NCBI GenBank assembly: GCA_030248215.1
Contig: JASANG010003930.1
Span: 248,001 to 312,000, forward strand
Direction of reading: 5' to 3'
Origin: Enoplolaimus lenunculus
Lineage: Eukaryota
Length of the DNA: 64,000 nucleotides
Positions within the stretch are counted from its first letter, which is position 1; the number at the start of each line of letters is the position of its first letter. Under the pieces are notes generated by a model. That model made no database searches. It saw nothing but the letters and a program-made list of their open reading frames with translations, and had not been told where the DNA came from. Position numbers and translations under genes: made by a program. Positions 14,501 to 25,367 of this stretch are shown piece by piece.

Positions 14501-15668
14501 CCGTTGCCAAAGCATAAGGATACCCTGTTGACAAAAAACAGTGATTGAAAATTTTTCAATTAACTAAATCGTTTGCCGTATTACTTCTTAATTTATCTGA
14601 CATTTAATCTGAAGTTTACATTCGAATCGCGAATCTAAGATATAAGACGTTTTACCAATACCGCTCAAATAAAAAAATGCTTGGCACTAGGGATGCTGAC
14701 ATTTTGCACGTTACGCATAATTGGTGAACACTTCGGATTTCCTCAGTTTCACGCACAGAGTTTGCGATTTAGTTGGGCATAGTTCATCACCGTATGCGTC
14801 GAGCGGTTAAAGAACTCTTGCAATTAATGGCACATATTCCGTCGACGATTGGAAATTTCGTAAAACTACTGAACACACCTATTACAAGTAATAGCTTTTT
14901 CATTCAGCCGTGTGCCATTCAAAAAGTTCATGGATACTTAAAAACTTTGTATTGAGATGAAATTTCAACTTCACTTAGTGACAGTGATTAAGGGCGACAT
15001 CAACGCCAAAGAAATATTAGACGTTCATGTCGAGTATATACATAACCATAAATTATATTTCTGATTCGAAAACTACTTATGTACAAGTGCACAAACTTGT
15101 AAAAATATCAAAATATATAGTTTTGTTTTTGCACTGGGGTTCAAAAATAGGTCAAAAATTACCAATGTGTACAATTCGAAACGTACGTATATAATGGTTG
15201 ACTGGAGCATATAACAATCGCTCAGCATAAAATATCCAATTTTCAGCTGTGCACGGCGATATTCTGATTTCATTTTCTTATGTTTTAAGTCTGATTTTTA
15301 AATCCCTCTGTTTTCACAAAATGTTGATATTAAATTACTACTTTAACTATTTAAAAACCATTAAACACGGCCATCTGATATTTCATTTTGGATACGGTTC
15401 AATAGAAACAGTAGTTAGTTTCTGATTTAAAATTCGAAAATTTTCTATTTTTTCCTGGCAGTGACACGATAGATGATGGATCTGTTCACGGTTGCTACTA
15501 CTTTTTTGAATGTACTTATTTCACCATTCAGCTAAAAACAGTTTTGTGCCTTTGTGTTATAACTTAACTTTAAATTGTCTTATTTGAAGTGCAATTTTAC
15601 ATATTAAATCGCATATTTCTGGTACATTTCAGATTTAAGTTATACAAAATATAACACATGTGCTGCAA

Positions 15669-16135
15669 ATGAATGTCTTTCAACGTTTCGGTAGCTTGTT
15701 ACATGTGCTGGTGCTGAAACTTTGGCTAAATCACTTTATACAAAATAGCTATGGTAAGTAACAGCGTAGATGTAAAACGAGTAAAGTTTAAAGTTTTAAA
15801 TACCTCGGTTTTAGTCGAAAAATAAAGTATACAAGACTCTATTAACTTTTAACTTAATAGTTCTAATATTGCGACGTCTTTCAGGCTACAATGCTTGCTG
15901 GCGAACTGAAATTTATGCGCTCACCGGTTGCACGTGTTACTGCGATGAAATTAAACATTTAACTGAAGCCCGAATTACTAGACGATGTTGCAGCACAGAG
16001 CGGCCGGTGAAAGTTTGCTGGTGCCCGGAAGGCCACGCGTATCTCGACAAAAAATGCGTTCCGTTTGCTGAATGCCCGGATTGGCGATATAAACCACGTG
16101 AACGACACAATTTTGCCGGTATCTCAATTTCGTAA
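15669..16135 (+). CDS. Small secreted cysteine-rich protein, TIL (trypsin-inhibitor-like)-type domain, ~111 aa
   Basis: Exon 1 15669-15753 (MNVFQRFGSLLHVLVLKLWLNHFIQNSY, signal-peptide-like) ends G|gtaagt. Exon 2 starts after tttcag at 15885 in matching phase 1 and reads to TAA at 16135. It has 10 Cys ending in CWCPEGHAYLDKKCVPFAEC, the CxCxxG...CVxxxxC tail typical of TIL domains. Confidence 0.72.
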
Positions 16136-16823
16136 CAATCATTTTTGGTTTAAATTCGAGAATTAATGGCCAGACTCAGAAACTTACACACAGCATAATA
16201 CTTTTCAATATTATACAAATTAAAATTAATTAGTCATAGCGGCTGTTTTCTTCACCTTTTTATTGATTGAGAACAGACTGCAAAATGGCATATTTGGCTT
16301 TTTTGAAGCATTTATAACAGAAAAATATTCACTTTTACAATAAATACAAGAGTTAAATATTAAAGTTCTTTTTATGTACAGCCGATATAATAGCAGTTTG
16401 AAATACAGCAACGCCAGCCTAAGTATACAGTTGAATTCCGTTAATGTGAACTCGTTAAAAATTTAGTGAATATGAAGTGAGAAAACTTAACCTACAGTGA
16501 CGCTATTGAAGAACAAACAATTCTTAAACGCTTTTTGCTAGAAACATTGGCCAATAAATGATGGTTAATTGTTTGGGTTGTTATGCTTGACGTCCAGCGC
16601 CGTCCGTCACCGTCCGTCACCCGCACGGCGCTATGCCCGCTAAACAATTAATGATTCCGTTGTAAATTTCTTGGTTGAGAATGGCATTTTTTCATTGGTG
16701 GACCGAGGGTTCCTATAGGAAGTACATTTTGTCGTAGCAGAATCGGAATCAAGTTTTTCTGTCGGAACCGGAATCGGAATTTAAGTTTCAGAAATTCTAC
16801 TAAAAGGTAAAGCTCATGACTTT

Positions 16824-19147
16824 GGCCCATGTATAGATCAGGGGCTTCCACTTTTCCAGGGTGGAATACTTACGACCAGGAGTGCATCGCAGCCACTCCT
16901 GTATGACGAGCTGATTTTTCACTGATTGGTAGGAAAAATCGCGGGCATATGTTTTGCTGTGGAAAAGTGGAAAATTCATAAGCCTGCATATTCCCTGGTT
17001 CGGTAGGGAAAATCTGTAGTGTAAAGTTTGTTTGGAAAACGGGAAAAGTGGAAAATTTAAAAGCTTACATTATTCCTGGGTTGGTTGGGAAATTTGAAGG
17101 ATAGGTTTTGGTTGGAAAACGGGAAAAGTGGAAAATTTAAACGCTTTGATTTTCCCTTGGTTGGTAGGGAAAATCTGGAGGGTAAAAGTTTGTTTGGAAA
17201 ACGGGAAAGTCGACGCTTTGAGTGACGCCTTAAGGTTGTAAAAAAAGTTTTAATTTGTTTTAAAGACGTTGTTGGCTATGGTTGGAAAGCCGAGGAAACA
17301 TAAATATATCAAATTTGGTCGTCGCTGACTTCCAACTCAGGGTAAATCTAGGCGTTTAAATTTTCCACTTTTCCCATTTTTCAACAAAAACCTATGCTTC
17401 ATATTTTCCCTACCAACCTAAGGTAAATCTAGGTCTTTAAATCTTCCACTTTTCCCATTTTCCAACCAAAACTTATGCTTCAGATTTTCCCTACCAACCG
17501 AAGGTAAATATAGGCCTTTAAATTTTCCACTTTTCCCGTTTTCCAACCAAAAGCTATGCTTCAGATTTTCCCTACCAACCTAATGTAAATCTAGGCCTTT
17601 AAATTTTCCACTTTTCCCGTTTTCCAACCAAAACCTATGCTTCAGATTTTCCCATCCACCCTAAGGTAAATCTAGGCCTTTAAATTTTCCACTTTTCCCG
17701 TTTTCCAATTAAAATCTATACTTCAGATGTTCCCTACCAAGCCAGGGTAAATCTAAGCATTAAAATTTTCCACTTTTCCCGTTTTCCAACCAAAACCTAT
17801 GCTTCATATTTTCCCTACCAACCCAGGATAAATATCTGCATTGGAATTTTCCACTTTTCCCGTTTTCCAATCAAAACGTATGCTTCAGATTTTCCTACCA
17901 ACCCAGCGAAAAAATCCAGGCATTAGAATTTTCCACTTTTCCCGTTTTCCAACCAAAACCTATGCTTCAGATTTTCCTTACCAACCCAGGGGAAAAATCT
18001 AGGCATTAGAATTTTCCACTTTTCCCGTTTTCCAACCAAAACCTATGCCCTACGCTTGAATTTTCCACTTTTCCACTTTTCCCGATTTCCAACCATCGCT
18101 TTAGATTTCTCTTACTAACCAAGAAAGTATCTAGCCATTTCAATTTTCCACTTTTCCTGTTTTCCAACCAAAACATATGCTTCAAATTTTCCCTACCAAC
18201 CCAGAGTAAAAATCTAGGCATTAGAATTTTCCACTTTTCCCGTTTTCCAACCAAAACCTGTGCTTCAGATTTTCCCTACCAACCCAGAATAAAGATCTAG
18301 GCATTAGAATTTGCCACTTTTCCCGTTTTCCAACCAAAACCTATGCTTCAGATTTCCCTACCAACCCAGCGTAAAAATCTTGACATTTAAAATTTTCCAC
18401 TTTTCCCGTTTTCCAACCAAAACATATGCCCTACGCTTGAATTTTCCACTTTTCCACTTTCCCCGCTTTTCAACCAAAACCTTTGCTTCAGATATTTCTT
18501 ACTAACTAAGAAAATATCTAGGCATTTCAATTTTCCACTTTTTCCGTTTTCCAACCAAAACCTACGCTTCTGATTTTCCATACCAACCCAGGGGGAAATC
18601 TAGGCATTAGAATTTTACACTTTTCCCGTTTTCCAACCAAAACCTATGCTTCAGATTTTCCCTACCAACCCAGGGGAAAGTCTAGGCATTCGAATTTTCC
18701 ACTTTTCCCGTTTTCCAACCAAAACCCATGCTTCAGATTTCCCTACCAACCCAGGGGAAAAAATCTAGGCATTAGAATTTTACACTTTCCCCGTTTTCCA
18801 ACCAAAACCCATGCTTCAGATTTCCCTACCAATCCAGGGGAAAAAAATCTAGGCATTAGAATTTTACACTTTCCCCGTTTTCCAACCAAAACCTATGCTT
18901 CAGATTTTCCCTACCAACCCAGGGGAAAATCTAGGCATTAGAATTTTCAACTTTTCCCGTTTTCCAACCAAAACCTATGCTTCAGATTTCCCTACCAACC
19001 CGGGGTAAAATCTAGACATTAGATTTTTTTAATTTTCATACCAAATCAGCGGAAAATTTAGCCGTCATACAGGAGTGGCTGCGCTGCACTCCTGGTTATA
19101 AGTTTTCCACCGTGGAAAACTGGAAGCCCCTGTGCTATACATTGGCC
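16824..19147. mobile_element. Non-autonomous foldback-like DNA transposon with GG-ended long TIRs and 8-bp TSD (Merlin-like ends)
   Basis: Perfect TSD ATGACTTT at 16816-16823 and 19148-19155. TIR GGCC(C/A)ATGTATAG..CAGGGGCTTCCA.TTTTCCA.GGTGGAA.ACTTA..ACCAGGAGTGCA.CGCAGCCACTCCTGTATGACG (~110 bp) continues into inverted 81-bp repeat arrays. No transposase ORF. Confidence 0.9.
17330..19030 (+). repeat. ~81-bp satellite-like tandem array (~21 copies) inside the foldback element
   Basis: Unit AATTTTCCACTTTTCCCGTTTTCCAACCAAAACCTATGCTTCAGATTTTCCCTACCAACC..GG..AAATCTAGGC.TT; e.g. starts at 17521 and 17602. About 3.5 inverted copies lie at ~16930-17210. Confidence 0.95.
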
Positions 19148-20064
19148 ATGACTTTTGACTTTTGTTGCAATATGCATGTTTGTATTGTTCGCAGCTTGAA
19201 TAAAAATTGCTTGTATATCTGACTGTATTACCGATCTACTAACGCGTAAAACTTTACCGATCTACTAACATATAAAACTTATGATATTAATAGAGGTCTG
19301 CCAATTCTCTGAGCAGCCTGCCAATTATCCAGGTACTGTATAAATTTGGAATTCAGTACAGAACTCTCAAAATAGATTTTTGATGCTGCACTAAGGATAC
19401 TGTTGAACCAAATATGGAGATATATTAGAAAATTTGTAGGGCTAACATCATTACTTGCCGCTATGAAATAAAATTTCACCTTTAGATTTTTATTCGTTTA
19501 AAGGTAAATAATAGCAGTCAAATTTCAATAACCAGCGTAATAATTTGCTCTGCTTCATGTTCTTCAAGCAATAACTGACAATACTTAAGATTAAGTGCAC
19601 CGAACGAAACAACATGCGAAATCTAAGTGCAATCACTATAAAAATTCATATCTAAAAATCCGAATTACGGTATCGGAATACCAACCAGTCGGAATCAGAA
19701 CCCAAATTTTATCGGAATTACAGCCGGAATCGAAATTCCGTTGAAACCCTGGTGGTCACACAAGACCGTGGCATATTTAATTACTAGTTCGCTCGGAACC
19801 GTAGATTTCCAAACAATTTTTTGTCAGATAAATTTTCTATTCTAAAACTATATGTTGTACAGATATTAAACTGCACTCCACAACATATTTATGTATTAAC
19901 TAAAACGCGATGCAGCCTTCAAATTTTTTACAAAAATTAAAAATCTATTACGATGTTACATGAAAGAAAAGCAACGAGACGTCTGCATTTCGTGTTAACA
20001 AGTATATATGACTCAAAATAATCTTTGTTTTGCACAAATAAAACCCATATACATAAAGTTTTAG

Positions 20065-22493
20065 CAATCGGAAGAAGCAGAATCACGCGACTCCGAGGAA
20101 ACTCGAAACAGAACGACGGAATAACACGTTTTGGACGAAACAGCAAACAATTAAAACCGGCAAAGAATTCGTTGAAATTTCGAACTTATACCACCGAACC
20201 GCCATTTGAATATTCAAACTTAACAAGAAGCCAGCGTAAATCCCGTCGACTGGAATGGCCATCATTTTGGACTTCTGACAATGTGCCGACTACAAATAGC
20301 AATCGCAAGGATAGTGCGAATGGAAAATTTAACTCCAAATTTGACAATTCAAATAAAACGGACAGCAGTGTTGCGTACGCACAACGATTATCAAGACTGG
20401 AACAGCTCAGACAGCGGCGTGATCAAAACACTGCTCAACGAAACGTTCGAAAGAATTTACGGCACGATAACAAGCACAGCAGACAACCAAATAGACAATT
20501 AGGAGCATGGGAACGAAATCAAAACGCAAAACGGTCGCGTCGAGACGACAAAAATCTCAATTTTCAGCTCACAACATCGCTAAGAGGCCGCCGATCAAAA
20601 TCAGTATCTGGAGAAAACCTTCAGCCCAGAACAGCGAGATTAAGCACTACAGATAGGGTCTCCACTCGCAATTTAACGACAAAACAGCATAATTTGAATC
20701 CACATGAGCCTAGAATTACGACAAATCCCACTTGGAGCACTGGTAACGCAAAAATATTTGGTTCAAAGGCGCTGCAGCGCGAAAATGCACGCTTAAATCG
20801 AATCCAGCGTATCAAACAACGACTTAATAAGACACGCCAACGCACAAAGGCACGGTTTGGTAATGTAAATGATGAGCATGACGATGGTAACAGAAATTTC
20901 CGGGATCAAACTCGTGAGAACGAGGAGCGTTTTGAGTACCTGAAAGACAATTTGGGTCGTGTGGTCCGCGTTCGGATCCCGTATCCAAGTTTATCAGGAA
21001 GAATACCTCCACGTCAATCGAAATTAACTAATCGGGCAACTAATACTTTGCCAGATAGAGGCTTGATAGGAATCGACAGTCCCAGCAACAGCAACAACAA
21101 CAACAACAACAACAATAACAACAACAACAAAAACAACAACAACAACATCAATAACAAGAACGGTCGATATAATCGAAACATAAACGTCAATAGAAATAGC
21201 GGTAGCAAAAACAGCATAGCGGCTACAAATATCTGGAAACGAAGCAACACGCACAGCGACAATAGACAATTGACGCCAAACGCTAACAAGACGTTTGAAA
21301 CATTCAACAATAACAGCCCGTCGTTTCGGCTAATTAATCCAATCACGTCACCAAATCAGCAAAGTCAAAACGAAGCGCCGAGCAGAACGAGTCAAATTTT
21401 TGAAATTCGGTCACCGAAACGGTCATTGTCTCCATCGCACAAGTCAAAGAATAAAAACATAGAACTGCAGCCAACAAAACTGCAATCTGGTCATAGTAAA
21501 CAACGGCATTTTGACGCTGCAGACGATAGCAGGCTTTTGGTAGGCCGCTCGGTAAAAAAACAAAACTCACAATCAAAATACAGTTTGACAAATAATGATC
21601 AAGTTACAGTTGGAAGGGCAAAGATACAGCGAATGGATTCGGGCCACAAATCTTCATCTGGGACTAGACGTAGGCAACAAAAGCATGCGAAATACCAAGA
21701 TCCTACACGATTTGGGTTCAATGCAAGAACTCCGCAACATTATTCAGTCGCAAAAGCACCACAGTTGTTGCCAAATATCGACCATCGAGCGATCCAGTCT
21801 CGTACCGCCTATCACCAACAAAATATTCGAACAACTGACGATTTTGAAAATTTTGCAAACTGGGGTTCGAATCGCGAACGACGATTGCAAAGAAAACTTG
21901 ACCGATTCATTGCTCGCAACACCGCGGGATCCAACGTGAAACGAGATGTTGGAATAAATATGGCAAAGCGTTCGTTAGAAGCAGTCACTTTCAACGCAGA
22001 ATCACATTCTTTGGCGGAACGAGACAAGAAGGTATCGCAATACTACCAATTTCCATCGAGTGCAACAAATAGCTATCTTGGTTATCAAAAAGCAGCTTTG
22101 TTTCGAAGCAAGAAATCAGATTATGGCCTCAAGGATGTGGGGAATTTAGCACATACTCGCATAAGGCGATCATTATTAAGACGTGTCAGAAGGCAGCGAC
22201 CACCAAAAGTGACACGAAAACAACGACGCAGGCTAAATGGACATGAGAAAAAACAAGACAAAAGACTTCAATCCCTGAACCAAAGGCGATCAGGAAAACG
22301 TCGCAGAGCCAAGCTACGTCGAACAAGGCGTCTAGAAAAACAACAAGAAACTATTGACGCGTGGCATCAACTCATTGAAGCCCAACGAGAGAGAAGAGGT
22401 CGAGGTTTAACAAAAGCAGAACGAAAACAGCTAAAAAAGCCAAGAAAAGTGAGACGTAAAAAACGGCGCCGCAGAATAAATACGCGTTACTGA
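20065..22493 (+). CDS. Terminal exon of an orphan gene encoding a very basic (Arg/Lys/Asn/Ser-rich), probably disordered protein with a protamine-like C-terminus
   Basis: Uninterrupted ~810-codon frame in AT-rich DNA; no early Met; phase-1 acceptor ttttag at 20064; TGA at 22491-22493 followed by AATAAA at 22513. The upstream exon(s) are uncertain. Confidence 0.7.
21084..21158 (+). repeat. (AAC)n microsatellite encoding a poly-Asn tract
   Basis: Directly visible and in frame with the long ORF. Confidence 0.9.
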
Positions 22494-22512
22494 ACGATAA
22501 AAAACAGCCAGA

Positions 22513-22518
22513 AATAAA
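22513..22518 (+). promoter_or_regulatory. Putative polyadenylation signal of the basic-protein gene
   Basis: AATAAA (overlapping tandem copy) 20 nt after the stop codon. Confidence 0.5.
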
Positions 22519-24471
22519 ATAAATATATGTAAATGTTTGCAACTGACATCGTTGTAAAAAGCGAATAGTTAGCCATTTTGATACAACAAAGCGGCTATAG
22601 TAATTGGTGCAAAATTTTTATCAGTTACTGAAATCAAAACAAACTATCCGAAGTGTAATGTACAAAATTATCCTTTATACTGTCTCTAGCCATTTTTTTA
22701 AAACCACACAACAGATATATCAAGATTTTGCTTTTAATTGAATGAAAAGAAATCAGACAAAACCCAACTAAGTGACATTTTGATTAAAATTTCGCTTGGT
22801 TTTGATTCGACAAAATAAAGCGTCCAGTATCTGAAAATGCATGTATACTTCGATTTGCAAGCGTATTTTTGAAAATCACAGACCTAACTAGTCTGCTGCT
22901 ATACACTAAAGAGCATTTGGGAAGCGGAACTGTACATAAACATACGTAACGTATATCAGTGCAAACGACAACGCGGCAAACATTTAACTCTTTGATTTTG
23001 AAGATTACATTATAAAACATTTGCCTGGTGTTATGGTGATAATGTACTCTGTGGCGATACAGCTAAACTGATGGAAGAAAATAATAAATGTATTTCGAGT
23101 TGTAACTAAGAGATTTCTTGAGCGCTTATGAAGGTTTTTAATCTTCACTAAATCTACCCCCAAGTTGCTCACATGTAGCTCTTCAGCTAAACTAAGACTA
23201 CTTATATAGTTTGGGGAAAGGTTAGTATGAAAACCTCTGCTGTATTCACTCAAAGCGCATAAAGACAAACCAACGTCCGCAGTTACAAACGACTAAGGCA
23301 AATAATATATTATTGAAAATCAAGCAGTTTCGGGTGTAGTGACACAATCAATCCAAAACTAGTGATGGGTATGGGATATTTTTTCACATCCGGATATCCG
23401 GCAATTCTTGCCGGATATTTATCCGGATATCAGAAATTAAATTTCCTATTTCGGATATCCCAAACGCGATTTTGCGTTTTCTGTTTCCGAACCTCAATTT
23501 TCGTTTCTTAAGCAGTTCTTTAACTTGTTGCTCTAAAGGAAGTACATACCCTGGCCCACAAAATCATTGTTATGAGCATAAAACATACAATTCTAGAAAA
23601 AGTTATTTATTACGCAACTGCTGCAATAGTGCTGGGTATTTGGTTTAGAAGATTCCTACTAACTTAAATAACTACTTGTGTTGGCCACCTGAAATTGAGT
23701 TGATTTGGTTTGTTTCGGTCTGATTTAAATCACTCAACAGAGATTCTATCGAATGTCACCCTTCCCTCGAACTATATATTGTGACTCTTCGCGCAAGATT
23801 CTGAATAAAATATAGAGTTTGGATCGTGTTTTGAAGTAAATAAAATTCCGAAAATATGATTTCATCATATAAAACATGGTTATTGTTGAGTGATATTTGA
23901 ATTTTTTGCTTTATTTCGCGGAGATGTTGAATTTTTTTGGAAAACTTTAAAAAGATAGTCGATGTTGTTTTAGGGAACCAGTGGATTGTAAAAATCAGTA
24001 ACTGAACGGTGTTACTTCTATTAGGTTTTTGACTGGGTTTCATTCGCAACTGGGTGCTAGTATTTACTTGTCGATATTAACCCGTAAAGCAAAGTGACTC
24101 GGTAAGCGGTGCAATTATGTAAGCAAGCGTTATATTTTTTGAAGGTCGTATTGGGTAAAAACGACTGGAAATTCTAACCCCAGTCCAAACAGTTGATAAA
24201 AAAATTTAGACTACCTCAAATAAATTTTTTTGATAAACCTACTGACTAACCCTAATTTGAAATAGCGCACTGAGCACGCCAACACTTTAAAAATAGTAAA
24301 ATAAAACTAACTGAAGTACATACCCGAGTAGTACCAACCTGCTACACTTTTAAATAATGTAAAAACCCCCCAAAAGCGCACCTCGCTCTCATTTTCACTT
24401 TTTATCCGCAGTCCACGGTAGACCTCAATTTTCTGTTGAATTTTATATCGCCGTGGTCTAAACTGGACTCA

Positions 24472-25300
24472 ATGTCTAAGGAGGACACTGCTCCCCCAAC
24501 AACCTTTAAAGGAAAAGAGCGCACAGATACTATCATAAGAGCTCTGGAAAGGCAAAATCAGGAAATTTTTCACTTTTCGCGTACTCAAACAGAGACCAAT
24601 AAAAATGTTGCTGTACTCCAGTAGCAGTGTACAGATTTCGATATTACTTCAAGCACATCTGACACAGACCAAACCGACCTTGCGCTACATCATTGAAAAA
24701 TTCTGGACGAATTTAAACAGTTCAAACTTTTTCAACTCGTAGTCAATGCCAACAACTAAAATGAGGCTCAGAAAACTAAAATACTACTAGCATACCTAAG
24801 AGGCACTGCTCTAGAATGTTATGGCGTCTACCTGAGGTGACTAAGCGTAGTTACTTACCGCTAGCGGCCAAGCTTAACTATAAGCACCAGAGGGAAAAAT
24901 TTAAAAGACGTAGGTGACTGTCGGTAGCTATTAGGTATTCGCACGTGGTGCATGGTCAAATATAGACAAACCTACACGAGATGCATTTGCTTGCGACTTT
25001 TTCATTGAAAGCCTTCGCGACCGGAGAATGAAAAAAATTTGTTTTGTCTAAGGAACCTAAATCACAGAAGGATGCAATCAAACTTGATGAGAAACAGGAA
25101 GCCCAACACAGACTTTTAGAAACGAATACAGTAAATGAAACAAATACTAACGCCCTGACGCATAATTTGGAAACATCCGCAATTAAAAATGCCTTGAAGG
25201 CTTTAATATGAAATTATATTATTAGTATCGACACTACAAACTTGGAGACTACAAGCAGAGAATAAAGCTTTAAGTGACCACTTGCAACGGTTACGTGAAG
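24472..25300 (+). pseudogene. Decayed Gypsy/Metaviridae-like gag (capsid)
   Basis: Frameshifted fragments FQLVVNANN*NEAQKTKILLAYLRGTALECY / RLPEVTKRSYLPLAAKL and ARGAWSNIDKPTRDAFACDFFIESLRDRRMKK / VLSKEPKSQKDAIKLDEKQEA match the typical retrotransposon capsid pattern; multiple stops and frameshifts. Confidence 0.7.
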
Positions 25301-25367
25301 CTACACCGTCATATGTTCTAGCAAATGTGTGACCGCACACTAGAAATCAACACAAAATCATTATTTC

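Noticed and set aside
18006..18581. ORFs with repeated WLENGKSGK peptides
   Set aside because: Translations of the 81-bp satellite.
17330..19030. CRISPR-like regular array
   Set aside because: Units are wholly repeated with no unique spacers, the context is eukaryotic and there are no cas genes; it is a tandem satellite.
21014..21346. Poly-Leu/poly-Val membrane-like ORFs on the minus strand (also 29801-30189)
   Set aside because: Antisense translations of (AAC)n and (CAC)n microsatellites.
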